A stretch of DNA of 64,000 bases from Promethearchaeia archaeon. GTDB lineage: Archaea; Asgardarchaeota; Lokiarchaeia; Sigyniarchaeales; SOKP01. How positions within the stretch are numbered: position 1 is the first letter of the stretch; the number at the start of each line of letters is the position of its first letter. Positions 50,592 to 61,167 of this stretch are shown here, piece by piece. Made by a program: the position numbers and the translations under genes. The stretch covers positions 384,001-448,000 of the forward strand of contig JAHQWK010000001.1 of assembly GCA_029856145.1 (NCBI GenBank), given 5' to 3'. The notes beneath the pieces were generated by a model that made no database searches, was not told where the DNA came from, and saw nothing but the letters and a program-made list of their open reading frames with translations.

Positions 50592-51662
50592 ATGAGTGAA
50601 ATCAAATCAAAACTTTTAGTTGTTTCCGATATTCATTTAGGTTCTTTGGACAGTGAAATAGACCTCTTTACTCAATTTTTGAGAGATATAATTAAAGGAG
50701 AATTTGGGAATGAGTTACAAGTTTTAATATTATTGGGTGATTTTATTGATTTATGCACTGATCTTCCTGAAACTCTTTTAAAAAGGGAAAAGGTTCAAGA
50801 AATTTTTACACTTTTACTTGAGATTAAGAAAAAAATGAATCTCATTTATGTACTTGGAAATCATGAAATTCCTATTACTGGAGATTATGATAAAAAGTTT
50901 AATCGCAGAAAAGAAAAGTTTTTAGCCAAATTTAGGAATAGCAATTTCAATGATTTGTTTAATGAGGAAATATTCTGTCAATACGTAATATTAAAAAAGT
51001 GGAACAATAATGATATGCTTTTGATGTATACTTCACGAGATCAAATTGAGAACAACCCTATTAATAAAGTAAAAATAGAGGGACTTGATTTAGATGAAGA
51101 TTATAGGTGTTTTATGCTGCATGGATACCAATGTGATAGTGAGATATATCGATTTTTTGTAGGACAAATATGGAAATCATTAATCTCTAATAATAAGTTT
51201 GAAGTCAAAGAGACTTATGATTATTTCTGGAATGAAGTAATAAAGAATGGCAGAAAAATTAAACCTATCACATTTGAAAACATGAAATATGAATTAGCCA
51301 AGTTAAAAAATGTATCTTTAGAATTCTTAGAAACACTTTTTTCAGAGTTAAGTATTTTAGAATTTAATTTAATTAAAGCAAATATGCGAATAATGAAAAA
51401 ATGGCAACGTGCAAGTAAATCTGATTATTATTTTGATGAAATAAAAGCATTTTTTGAGGATAAAGACTATAATTTTTCAAAAATAAATCATATTATATAT
51501 GGTCATTCTCATCACAGTGGAATGGCTTATGGAAATATAAACAATCAGAGAGTAGAAATAATAAATGATGGTGCTTGGCAACATGTGCAACCCTCTTATG
51601 TTGAAATTCTCTCAAAAGGAAAGTTAAATTTAAGATCTTTTTCAAATATTCTCAAATCTTAA
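50592..51662 (+). CDS. Calcineurin-like metallophosphoesterase
   Basis: SDIHLG, LGDFID, LGNHE, LHG, GHSH, NDGAW. Confidence 0.88.
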   Translation: MSEIKSKLLVVSDIHLGSLDSEIDLFTQFLRDIIKGEFGNELQVLILLGDFIDLCTDLPETLLKREKVQEIFTLLLEIKKKMNLIYVLGNHEIPITGDYDKKFNRRKEKFLAKFRNSNFNDLFNEEIFCQYVILKKWNNNDMLLMYTSRDQIENNPINKVKIEGLDLDEDYRCFMLHGYQCDSEIYRFFVGQIWKSLISNNKFEVKETYDYFWNEVIKNGRKIKPITFENMKYELAKLKNVSLEFLETLFSELSILEFNLIKANMRIMKKWQRASKSDYYFDEIKAFFEDKDYNFSKINHIIYGHSHHSGMAYGNINNQRVEIINDGAWQHVQPSYVEILSKGKLNLRSFSNILKS

Positions 51663-51707
51663 AGAAGAATAGAATTTGTATACTTTTCAACACTAATTTA
51701 TTTTTAT

Positions 51708-52400
51708 ATGTTCAAAACCTATAAATCCCAGCTTTTATTTTTAATTATTAAGTTTAGTTTTTTTTTTAAGTATAATAAAACTTTTAACCTTATGTTTGAG
51801 CGTATATATACTCCTTCTGAGATGAACAGCAAAGAAAAACCAGTTTATATTTTTAAAATCACAATTTTGGGACAGGAACGTGTAGGGAAAACGTGTATTG
51901 CTAGGCGATTATGTTTTGATACATTTGATGTGAATACAAAAGAAACGTTAGGAATCGAATTCTATACAAAAGATCTTCCTATTATTGTTAATGGTGAAGA
52001 ATCATTCGTGCGACTTAGTATATGGGATTTTGGTGGACGAGAACAATTCAAAAAGTTATTTCCATATTATATTAATGGCGCTAATGGAATTTTTATGGTT
52101 TTTGATTTAATAGATCTTCAAACTTTATTAAGATTAGACTGGTGGTATGAGAGATTAACAGATTATAGTCACGCCCATACTCCTAGAGTGTGCATTGGAG
52201 CAAAGAACGATCTAGTTAAAACTGCAAATGAGAAATCTAAAGTAGACGATCTCGTCATTAAGAGATTTATGGAAAGACATGAAGAAAATGATTTTTATAA
52301 AACTTCTTCGAAAGAAAATTATAATATTGAATTGGTTTTTAAAGAACTTGTAATTAAGATATTAGAGAAAAATAAACTGGATTTTGATCGATTATCATAA
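51708..52400 (+). CDS. Rab-like small GTPase (likely start ATG 51822)
   Basis: GQERVGKT, TLGIEF, IWDFGG, AKND, TSSK. Confidence 0.9.
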   Translation: MFKTYKSQLLFLIIKFSFFFKYNKTFNLMFERIYTPSEMNSKEKPVYIFKITILGQERVGKTCIARRLCFDTFDVNTKETLGIEFYTKDLPIIVNGEESFVRLSIWDFGGREQFKKLFPYYINGANGIFMVFDLIDLQTLLRLDWWYERLTDYSHAHTPRVCIGAKNDLVKTANEKSKVDDLVIKRFMERHEENDFYKTSSKENYNIELVFKELVIKILEKNKLDFDRLS

Positions 52401-52473
52401 AAAAGTAATCAAATCCTATTTCTTAGGGTTAAAATTTGCCGTTTGAGCAATATTATAAATAGTTATTTCTAAC

Positions 52474-53439
52474 TCATATTAGGATAATTACTACTCCCAA
52501 AATAGTTAATATAACCCCAATAAAGCCAAACCTAGAAATACTCTCCTTATTTACAAGATAAGTTAAAGGAAGAGCAAATAATGGGCTTGTAGTTGCTATT
52601 AATGAAACTACATTTGCTCCTGCTAGATGTACGGATTCAGTATATAAATATGCTCCCAATGAAGTTCCTATTATTGAGCCAATTAATAAAAACATCCATG
52701 AGCGTACTGATTTCTTCTGATAAGATGTATTATTATTTTTTTTTAACGAATAATTTTCTCTTAATACCATTGAACCCAAAATTATTAAGGCAAATGGAAA
52801 CCTAATAAGATTCCCTATAACAGAGCTTAGTTCTTCAATAAGTATAATTTGATCTATCTGGAGTATTGCAAATTCAATTAATACAGCACCAATAGCCCAC
52901 CCGATAGATGCTGTAAAACAAAATCCTATTGCTTTTTTATAATTTTTTTTAAAAATTTCGTGTATTGATTGATCCATAATATGGTTCTTCTTCTGTTTTG
53001 CATTCTCAGAGGTGTTTTTTGATTTTCCAATAATAATTACTCCAACACCAATCAAGATCAGAGATAAAACCAAATTTAGCTTAAATGCTTGATTCAAAAA
53101 GATTAGAGATAATATGAAAGTAAAAAGGGGAAATGTCATCGAAATAGCAAGAGCTATCGTAGTTCCTAATTCTTTTTGAGCAGTAAAATAAGCAGTATCC
53201 CCAATCACTTGACCAAACACAAAACTTAGAATTAATAACAACCATAATTCCCAGGGTATTATGAAGATAAGATTTAATTGATTTAAGAATAAAACAATCA
53301 AAATGAATGATAGAGTACCTATTGCTGTTCGAAAAAAATTTATAAAAGTTGGACTTACTTCATTTTCAGTCTTACGAAAAATAACATTAGACACTACAAA
53401 TGTTAGTACTGCTGAAATTGCGATAAATTCTCCTAACAT
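52474..53439 (-). CDS. EamA/DMT transporter
   Basis: About 10 TM in two repeats; GD.AYF, P.F motifs. Confidence 0.9.
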   Translation of the reverse strand: MLGEFIAISAVLTFVVSNVIFRKTENEVSPTFINFFRTAIGTLSFILIVLFLNQLNLIFIIPWELWLLLILSFVFGQVIGDTAYFTAQKELGTTIALAISMTFPLFTFILSLIFLNQAFKLNLVLSLILIGVGVIIIGKSKNTSENAKQKKNHIMDQSIHEIFKKNYKKAIGFCFTASIGWAIGAVLIEFAILQIDQIILIEELSSVIGNLIRFPFALIILGSMVLRENYSLKKNNNTSYQKKSVRSWMFLLIGSIIGTSLGAYLYTESVHLAGANVVSLIATTSPLFALPLTYLVNKESISRFGFIGVILTILGVVIILI

Positions 53440-53480
53440 TGATTATGCAAATTAAAGAATACATAAATTGTTTTGTATTG

Positions 53481-54089
53481 TTATTCTTCTTTACCCATTT
53501 TATCTTCAATCGTTAAAGTTAAATCTGTATTACAATTATAGCAAATTTTTGGGAAAGACTCGAACTCTACTCCACATTTTGGGCAAGTTATTTTACCTGC
53601 ACTTGCAATATCATGTAAATCTTCCATTCGTTGCTCAATTTTTGATCTTAAGATTTTTTTAATAATAAAGGAGAGGCCAATTGAAAGAATAATTATTTCA
53701 ATTCCAAGCAGAATTGTATACATAAAATGAAATGGAAAATGAGAATTAAAATACACAGGTGAATGTTTGAATAAAAACACATAAAGAAAAAAATTTGGAA
53801 AGAAGAATGTTAGCAAATTCATTGAATAGGATTTTTTAAAATCACGATAAATAAATATTGGAATTAATGACACTGATATCCAAATTAAATGAATAAAAAA
53901 TAAACCAGGTAATATATCAAACAAAGTGTAGTTAGCAAAAAATTGTATTAGTACTTTTTGCTCGGGTGTTGTTTCTATATCAAAGCTAAGATTAATATGA
54001 TAACCAAAATAAAATACAATTAAATTTAATATTAAGGTTTGAATTGAAAAGAGGACAAGTTTATTTCTAAAAACTTCAATAATTTTCAT
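53481..54089 (-). CDS. Membrane protein with C-terminal zinc ribbon
   Basis: About four TM; CPKCG..CYNCN. Confidence 0.78.
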   Translation of the reverse strand: MKIIEVFRNKLVLFSIQTLILNLIVFYFGYHINLSFDIETTPEQKVLIQFFANYTLFDILPGLFFIHLIWISVSLIPIFIYRDFKKSYSMNLLTFFFPNFFLYVFLFKHSPVYFNSHFPFHFMYTILLGIEIIILSIGLSFIIKKILRSKIEQRMEDLHDIASAGKITCPKCGVEFESFPKICYNCNTDLTLTIEDKMGKEE

Positions 54090-54206
54090 TAATAATTATC
54101 TAAATATTTCAAAAAATTAAACTCTTCTAAATAAATCCTGATTTTAAAATAGTTCTATTAAAAAAAAAAGAATAAAAAGTAAAAATTTTTTTTAAAGGAT
54201 CTATTC

Positions 54207-54368
54207 TCAAGGATTTTTCTTAAATTTCTTCTTTGATATAAATACAATTGTAATTCCAACTAATGAAGCCACAGCTAGAATCTCTATTTGATATCCCTGA
54301 ATTAAAGGTTCTTCTTTTAAAACTCTGAAGTAGGTTCTAAAAACTCTGCTCTTTTGGTAGGATTTCAT
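54207..54368 (-). CDS. 53-aa microprotein consisting mostly of a Loki-CTERM-like sorting signal
   Basis: MKSYQKSRVFRTYFRVLKEEPL-IQGY-QIEILAVASLVGITIVFIS-KKKFKKNP. Confidence 0.6.
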   Translation of the reverse strand: MKSYQKSRVFRTYFRVLKEEPLIQGYQIEILAVASLVGITIVFISKKKFKKNP

Positions 54369-54633
54369 TTTTATTGTACCCTTTTTTTACATTAAAGTTT
54401 ATATAAAATAGCAAAAACAGATTTATCTATTTAAATCTATTTGAAATTTAAAAATGCCCAAAACAGTAAAATTTTTAATATTTGCTATCTTTATTTATGT
54501 ACAGTGGAAGACTCGTATTCTTATTTTTTAAAAATAGCATATTATAACCATTATAAAGGATGTTTTCTCCCATGATTTACGCTTCTTCTTTAAATTCTAT
54601 TTATGAAAGTATTATTTTAGAGGTATTTAGCTT

Positions 54634-57561
54634 ATGAGTTATACATTTTCAAGGACAAAAATGATTGAAAAGATTAAATTTGGGCTTTTAAGTCCTGATG
54701 AAATCCGTAAAATGTCAGCGGCACGTATAATTACCGCAGATACATATGATGAGGACGGTCTCCCGATCCCGAGCGGACTTATGGACCAAAGACTAGGTAC
54801 AATCGAACCAGGTCAGCGTTGTCAAACTTGTGGTAATCTTGTAAGTAATTGTATGGGTCATTTTGGTCATATTGAGCTCGCTAGACCAGTTATACATGTA
54901 GGTTATGCAAAAAAAGTTTTAAAAGTTTTGCGCAGTATTTGTCCAGAATGCTCTCGTTTAATGCTTACAGATGAGGAAAAAGAGATGTTTAGAGAAGAAC
55001 AAGCTAAGCATCGAAAAATTTTCTTTGAAGGAGACGAAGATGCTGCAAAAATTGTCTTTAAACGAGCAAGAAAGACAAAAACCTGCCCTTATTGTGGAGC
55101 ACTAAAGAAAAAAATAATTATTGAGAAACCAACAACTTTTTATGAAGAAGAAGAAGGAAAAGGTTCACGGAGAATAACACCTATAGAGATTTTAGAACGT
55201 TTAAAAAAGATGAGTGATGTTGATCTTAGGATCCTCGGAATTTCTCCTGAGAACGCTCGTCTTGAATGGATTGTTTTTACAGTTTTACCAATTCCTCCTG
55301 TATGTGCTAGACCATCTATTACCTTAGATAGTGGTATTCGTTCTGAAGATGATTTGACACATAAATTAGTTGATGTTATTAGAATCAACCAAAGATTAAG
55401 AGAAAACATAGATGCAGGAGCGCCTCATTTAATAGTTGAAGACCTCTGGGAATTATTACAGTACCATATTACAACATATTTTGATAATCAAGTATCTGGT
55501 ATACCTCCTGCTAGACATCGATCTGGCAGAGCGCTTAGAACCCTAACTCAAAGGTTAAAAGGTAAAGAAGGAAGATTTAGAAGTAACTTGAGTGGTAAAA
55601 GAGTTGATTTCTCTGCTCGTAGTGTAATATCACCAAATCCTTATATTAGTATTAATGAAGTAGGTGTTCCAATAGAAATAGCAAAAATTTTAACTATACC
55701 TACTAATGTTAATGATTGGAATATTGAAGAGATGAAACAAATGGTCTTGAATGGACCTTTTAAACATCCAGGAGCCAATTATATTATTCGGAATGATCGT
55801 AGAAGAATCGACCTTCGGTATGTAAAAAATCGGAAGATTATTGCTGATATGCTTGCGGCAGGCTTTACAATTGAACGTCATCTGAATAACGGAGATTTAG
55901 TATTATTTAATCGTCAACCTTCTCTTCATAGGATGTCAATAATGGCTCATGAAGTAAAGATAATGGAAGGAAGAACATTTCGGTTAAACTTAACTGTATG
56001 TCCACCATATAATGCTGATTTTGATGGAGACGAAATGAATTTGCACGTACCTCAAAGCGAAGAAGCCCGTACAGAAGCAGAACTACTTCTTAAAGTTCAA
56101 GAACATATATTATCTCCGAGATTTGGTGGACCTATATTAGGTGGCATTCAGGATTTTATTTCAAGTGTATTCCAATTTACAAGTAAAGATTCTTTATATA
56201 CAAAAAAAGATACATTAAAATTATTATATACTGGAGATTTATTTGAAAATAATCCTAATTTTAGCTTGGATCAGATCACTCCTGTGATAAATGACCCAGA
56301 GCCAATGTATTCTGGAAAGGATATCTTCAGTACATTATTTCCAGATGATCTTAATATTAGAGTAAAATCAAAGTTCTGTAAAAAATGCGAAGTTTGTGAA
56401 GAAGAAGAGTGTGCTTATGATGCATATGTTGTAATTAAAAATGGTCATTTGATAACAGGAACTATTGATGAGAACTCTTTCGGAGCTATGCAATCAAATA
56501 GTATATTACAACGTATTATTAAGGATCATGGTAACGCACGAGGTAGGATATTTTTAGACAGTGCAACAAAGATGCTTTTATATGTTATTCGACAGAATGG
56601 AATGACTATGGGATTGGACGAAGTCTATGTGCATGGACATGCTGCTAAAGCAATCCAAAAAATATTAAAGGAAGCAAATGAGGAATCTGAAAAATTAATT
56701 ACTGCTTTTAATGAGAATGATACAAAAATTCTTAGAAGAGCTCCTGGCCGTTCAATGAGAGAAACTTTAGAATTAAGAATCCGGCAAGTATTAGCAGAAG
56801 CTAGAAAAAAAGCAGAAGAAACTGCAGCAGAATTCATTGGAGATGAAGCTCATTCTGTCATTATGACCAAATCTGGAGCTAGAGGTAATATATTAAACCT
56901 AGGACAGATGTCCGCTGTTGTAGGACAACAAGCAATTAGAGGAGAAAGAATTAATCGAGGATATAGTATGAGAACGCTGCCTCATTTTAAAATAAATGAT
57001 CTCTCGCCTAAATCGAGGGGATTTGTTTCTTCTTCCTATAGAAATGGATTAAAACCAGTAGAATTCTTTTTTCATGCTATGGGGGGAAGAGAAGGATTAG
57101 TTGATACAGCTGTAAGAACTTCCACATCGGGATATATGCAACGTAGATTGGTGAATGCATTACAGGATATGGTTGTCGAAAATGATGGCACTGTCAGAAA
57201 CTCTGATAAAAATGTAATCCAATTCTGCTTTGGAGATGATGGCATTGATGCAATGCATACTGATCATGGTGCTGCGGTGAATTTAGATGTTTTATTATTA
57301 AAAGCTAAAGCTCTGAATGTTGATGAGGTACGTGAAGAGATTAAAAAGGGATCTACAACAAAAAAAACAGCGCCTAAGAAAAAAGCTGTTTCTGAGAAAA
57401 AACTTGTTGAAAAAGCTGAAACTAAAGAAAAACCGGAAAAAAAAGAATTTGATGAAGATTCCTTAAAACAACAATTTGAGGAAGAAACCGGGAAAAAAGC
57501 AGTGTGGAGAGGTAAAGAAACTAAAACATATTTAGAATGGAAAGAAAAACAAATAAATTAA
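54634..57561 (+). CDS. rpoA1: DNA-directed RNA polymerase subunit A' (Rpo1N)
   Basis: GHFGHIEL, KGKEGRFR, NRQPSLH, NADFDGDEMN, GREGLVDTA. Confidence 0.99.
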   Translation: MSYTFSRTKMIEKIKFGLLSPDEIRKMSAARIITADTYDEDGLPIPSGLMDQRLGTIEPGQRCQTCGNLVSNCMGHFGHIELARPVIHVGYAKKVLKVLRSICPECSRLMLTDEEKEMFREEQAKHRKIFFEGDEDAAKIVFKRARKTKTCPYCGALKKKIIIEKPTTFYEEEEGKGSRRITPIEILERLKKMSDVDLRILGISPENARLEWIVFTVLPIPPVCARPSITLDSGIRSEDDLTHKLVDVIRINQRLRENIDAGAPHLIVEDLWELLQYHITTYFDNQVSGIPPARHRSGRALRTLTQRLKGKEGRFRSNLSGKRVDFSARSVISPNPYISINEVGVPIEIAKILTIPTNVNDWNIEEMKQMVLNGPFKHPGANYIIRNDRRRIDLRYVKNRKIIADMLAAGFTIERHLNNGDLVLFNRQPSLHRMSIMAHEVKIMEGRTFRLNLTVCPPYNADFDGDEMNLHVPQSEEARTEAELLLKVQEHILSPRFGGPILGGIQDFISSVFQFTSKDSLYTKKDTLKLLYTGDLFENNPNFSLDQITPVINDPEPMYSGKDIFSTLFPDDLNIRVKSKFCKKCEVCEEEECAYDAYVVIKNGHLITGTIDENSFGAMQSNSILQRIIKDHGNARGRIFLDSATKMLLYVIRQNGMTMGLDEVYVHGHAAKAIQKILKEANEESEKLITAFNENDTKILRRAPGRSMRETLELRIRQVLAEARKKAEETAAEFIGDEAHSVIMTKSGARGNILNLGQMSAVVGQQAIRGERINRGYSMRTLPHFKINDLSPKSRGFVSSSYRNGLKPVEFFFHAMGGREGLVDTAVRTSTSGYMQRRLVNALQDMVVENDGTVRNSDKNVIQFCFGDDGIDAMHTDHGAAVNLDVLLLKAKALNVDEVREEIKKGSTTKKTAPKKKAVSEKKLVEKAETKEKPEKKEFDEDSLKQQFEEETGKKAVWRGKETKTYLEWKEKQIN

Positions 57562-57588
57562 GAAAATTAAATTAAAAGGAAGATATTA

Positions 57589-58794
57589 ATGGTAAAAGTA
57601 ACTCCAAAGTTTTTAGATGATCAATTAGAAGTTTTAAAAGAAGATGGTATTCCTGAAGATTTAATAGACAGAATAAGAGAGAAGGTAAAAGATGAGGATT
57701 TAGAAATAGAACAACTTGAATATCTATTAAATAAAATCTATATTAATTATAATAATGCTATTGTAGAAACTTCAGAACCTGTCGGTACTGTAGCAGCACA
57801 ATCAATTGGCGAACCAGGAACACAAATGACACTAAGAACCTTCCACTATGCAGGAGTAGAAGAATTCTCAGTAACACAAGGATTACCTCGACTAATTGAA
57901 ATCGTAGATGCACGTCGTTTTCCAAGTACACCACAAATGGCTGTGCATCTTGAAAAACCTTATTCGGAATCTGAAGAGAAAGCAATTGAAGTACATAATC
58001 GAATTGAGCAAATCCGTGTAGAACAAATTATTCATGATATAGATTTAGATTTTGTTAATTGGAATATTGTTATTAACTTAATCCCTGAAATTTGTGAGAA
58101 AAAAGGGATCGATCTTGATGAAATACCAGAAATTTTAAAACGGTATAAGAAAAAGGGAACAATTAAACGTGAAGGAAATTCTATTATTATCGATCCAGGC
58201 ATAGAAGATCTACAGAGTCTGCAAAAATTAAGAGAAAAGATCCTTAAAAAAGTTGTAAAAGGGGTAAGGGGTGTAAAAAGAGGTTTATTAACTCCTTCAG
58301 ATGATGGAGAAGAATGGGTAATTAAGACCGAAGGTACTAATATGCATGGTGTTATCCAAATAGAGGGAGTTGATGTAACAAAAACCGTATCAAATCATAT
58401 TCACGAAATAGAAAAACTATATGGAATCGAAGCAGCACGTCAAATGATAATAGTAGAATCTCAAAAAGTGCTTGAACAACAAGGATTAGATGTAGATTTA
58501 AGACATCTTTTAATTTTGGCAGACCTAATGTGTTATTCAGGATCCATTCAATCTATTGGAAGACACGGAATCTCAGGTTCTAAGTCTAGTGTGTTCGCTC
58601 GAGCAGCCTTTGAAGTTACAGTTAATCAATTACTTGATGCTGGGCTTTATGGAGAAGAGGAGCGATTAAAAGGGATTCCCGAGAATGTAATTGTAGGGCA
58701 AATCAGCCCTATAGGTACGGGTCGTGTGAGTGTAATGTTTGATCTTGATGCTAATATAGATTTATTAAAAAAGAAGAAGAAAAGACATAGTTAA
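57589..58794 (+). CDS. rpoA2: DNA-directed RNA polymerase subunit A'' (Rpo1C)
   Basis: [35 protein letters not shown]. Confidence 0.99.
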   Translation: MVKVTPKFLDDQLEVLKEDGIPEDLIDRIREKVKDEDLEIEQLEYLLNKIYINYNNAIVETSEPVGTVAAQSIGEPGTQMTLRTFHYAGVEEFSVTQGLPRLIEIVDARRFPSTPQMAVHLEKPYSESEEKAIEVHNRIEQIRVEQIIHDIDLDFVNWNIVINLIPEICEKKGIDLDEIPEILKRYKKKGTIKREGNSIIIDPGIEDLQSLQKLREKILKKVVKGVRGVKRGLLTPSDDGEEWVIKTEGTNMHGVIQIEGVDVTKTVSNHIHEIEKLYGIEAARQMIIVESQKVLEQQGLDVDLRHLLILADLMCYSGSIQSIGRHGISGSKSSVFARAAFEVTVNQLLDAGLYGEEERLKGIPENVIVGQISPIGTGRVSVMFDLDANIDLLKKKKKRHS

Positions 58795-58895
58795 CCGAAA
58801 ACTTTTAATTTAGATGAAATAACTTAAACGTGCCTAAAAAAATTAAAAAGGTACCATTCTTTTTACTTATTATATAGAAACTGTTTGAATATACC

Positions 58896-59270
58896 ATGGC
58901 AAAGAGAAAAACTAAAACTTCCATTGAGAAAGTTGATCTTAGTAGGAAAAAAACAAAGGAATTTGATGTAGATACCAATATCAAAGTTACTTATAAAACT
59001 GGTAAAATTATTTATGGTAAGAATCAAATTCTTAAAAGTTTGCATAGAGAAAATCCCTATAAAATGCTTATTGTGAGCAATAATTGCCCAACAGAATTGA
59101 TAGATGAGCTAGATAATTATAATTATCTTCTAAAAGATAAGATTTTTATTTATAAATATAAAGGTTCAAGCTGGGATTTAGGGTTAGCTTTAGCCAAACC
59201 TTATATGATCTCTGTTATAGGTGTAATTGATTTTGGAGATTCAGACTTAATTTCTTTAAAAACTAAATGA
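58896..59270 (+). CDS. rpl30e: 50S ribosomal protein L30e
   Basis: TGKIIYG, SNNCP, GSSWDLG...KPY, GDSD; synteny. Confidence 0.93.
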   Translation: MAKRKTKTSIEKVDLSRKKTKEFDVDTNIKVTYKTGKIIYGKNQILKSLHRENPYKMLIVSNNCPTELIDELDNYNYLLKDKIFIYKYKGSSWDLGLALAKPYMISVIGVIDFGDSDLISLKTK

Positions 59271-59295
59271 ACTTAACAAGTGACTAGGTTTTTTC

Positions 59296-59772
59296 ATGTT
59301 AAAAAAGAATATAAAAATTGACCGGGAAGCAATGGAACTGATCTCACTATTTAATAACATCTCGGGTGCCATCATTAAAGATTGTCTTATCTTTAAATCT
59401 CCTGAAAATGGCTCTGAAATTGTTATATTTTTAGTAAAAGAAGAGGATGTCGGAAAAGCAATTGGAAAAGCTGGCGAACACGTTAAAGACTTAAAATCAA
59501 AACTCCAAAAAAAGATTGATGTAATCGCTTTCTCAGAAAATTTAAACAAATTCATCCAAAATATCTTGCAAACAACTAAAAATTCAATAGTGGTTCAAAA
59601 TATTGAAATAAAAGAAAATAGAAACCAAAAGAAAACTGTAATTATCACCGTAAGGCCTCAAGATCGTGGAAAAGCCATTGGTAAAGACGGTTCCATGATA
59701 AGGAAAATTAAAGAATTAGTATTAAGGTATTTCGAAGTTGATAATGTAATTATCAACACTAAAAATATCTAA
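59296..59772 (+). CDS. nusA: Archaeal NusA (KH domains)
   Basis: Two GKAIGK.G motifs; synteny. Confidence 0.93.
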   Translation: MLKKNIKIDREAMELISLFNNISGAIIKDCLIFKSPENGSEIVIFLVKEEDVGKAIGKAGEHVKDLKSKLQKKIDVIAFSENLNKFIQNILQTTKNSIVVQNIEIKENRNQKKTVIITVRPQDRGKAIGKDGSMIRKIKELVLRYFEVDNVIINTKNI

Positions 59773-59874
59773 AAATTCTTTTAGAAATTATATTTGCCTC
59801 TAACTATACATAAATTTTAAGTTTAAGGAAACATTTTTTCTACTACTAAAGTTCTATCAATTAATAATTAGTAG

Positions 59875-60318
59875 GTGTTAAATATAGGTAGCCCAAAAGG
59901 TTTATATGCAGCTCGAAAACTTCAAGCCAACCGAAAGAAGTATCGATGGTCTAAGACAAAGTATAAAAGAAGAAAACTCCAATTAAAGAAAAAGGTCGAC
60001 CCTCTCGAAGGAGCATGCCAGGCTCTTGGTATTGTTCTTCAGAAAGTTGGTCGTGAGAGTAAACAACCAAACTCAGCAATTCGGAAGTGTGTGCGTATCC
60101 AATTAAAGAAAAACGGAAAATCAGTTACAGCGTTCTTACCCGGAGATGGTGCATTAAACTTTATAGAAGAACATGATAGAGTAATTGTCGAAGGAATTGG
60201 GGGAGCAAAAGGACGTTCCATTGGAGATCTCCCTGGAGTGCGTTATAAAGTTGTTAAAGTTAATGGTGTTAGTTTGGAGGCTTTACTCCAAGGGAAGAAA
60301 GAAAAGCCACTACGCTAA
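59875..60318 (+). CDS. rps12: 30S ribosomal protein S12 (true start probably ATA 59884)
   Basis: [29 protein letters not shown]. Confidence 0.98.
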   Translation: MLNIGSPKGLYAARKLQANRKKYRWSKTKYKRRKLQLKKKVDPLEGACQALGIVLQKVGRESKQPNSAIRKCVRIQLKKNGKSVTAFLPGDGALNFIEEHDRVIVEGIGGAKGRSIGDLPGVRYKVVKVNGVSLEALLQGKKEKPLR

Positions 60319-60332
60319 AGAGGTTATAAATT

Positions 60333-60950
60333 ATGAGTAAGGCAAAGAAGGAAATAAAACTATTCAATAAATGGTCTTTTTCAGAGATTCAGGTTAATGA
60401 TAGAACGCTCGAGGTTTATATTAATTTGAAACCTATTATTGTACCCCATTCAGCTGGGAGACACGAACATAAAAGATTCTGGAAAACTTCTAGAGTTTCA
60501 ATAATTGAAAGATTTACTAATAGATTACTTTCTCCTGGTTTTATCAGTGGTAAAATTAGGGGTCATAAAAGTTCTCATAATTCTGGCAAAAAATTCAAAT
60601 TATTAAGAAGTATAGAGAATGCTTTCATTTTAATCGAATTACTCACTGACCAAAACCCTATACAAATCTTAATAGATGCAATAATTAATACTGCACCTAG
60701 AGAAGAAACCACTAAAATTGCAATGGGCGGAATTAGCTATGCGTCAGCAGTGGATATTGCGCCACAGCGCCGAGTTGATTTAGGTATTAAGTATCTTGTT
60801 CAAGCAATAGGAGCTAGATCCCATTCTAATGTCAAACAGTTTGAAGAAAATCTAGCACAAGAATTAATGCTAGCAGCGAATAATAGCCAAGAATCTAGAG
60901 CTGTGAAGCGGAAGGATGAAATCGAAAGAATAGCAGTTTCTGCGAGATAA
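60333..60950 (+). CDS. rps7: 30S ribosomal protein S7
   Basis: LFNKW, PHSAGRH, APREE, VDIAPQRRVD, KDEIERIAVSAR. Confidence 0.98.
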   Translation: MSKAKKEIKLFNKWSFSEIQVNDRTLEVYINLKPIIVPHSAGRHEHKRFWKTSRVSIIERFTNRLLSPGFISGKIRGHKSSHNSGKKFKLLRSIENAFILIELLTDQNPIQILIDAIINTAPREETTKIAMGGISYASAVDIAPQRRVDLGIKYLVQAIGARSHSNVKQFEENLAQELMLAANNSQESRAVKRKDEIERIAVSAR

Positions 60951-61167
60951 AATTTTTTGTAAAATTATTATTTTTTAATTTAAATTTTACAAAAGGAACA
61001 AGAAAAACTTGAATATGAAATTATTTCTTTTAAAATTTGGATTAATATCACCCACATATTATCCCTATTCATTGACGGGTTAGAAAATTTCTAAATTTTT
61101 ATATATTTGAAAGTCATATTATTTAGTTAAGCAGAATTAAAGAATCAGAATAGGGTCAATAAATAAA

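Noticed and set aside
49997-61158. 12-mer AGAATAGGGTCA at 49997 and 61147
   Set aside because: Only two copies with no shared flanks; compatible with chance
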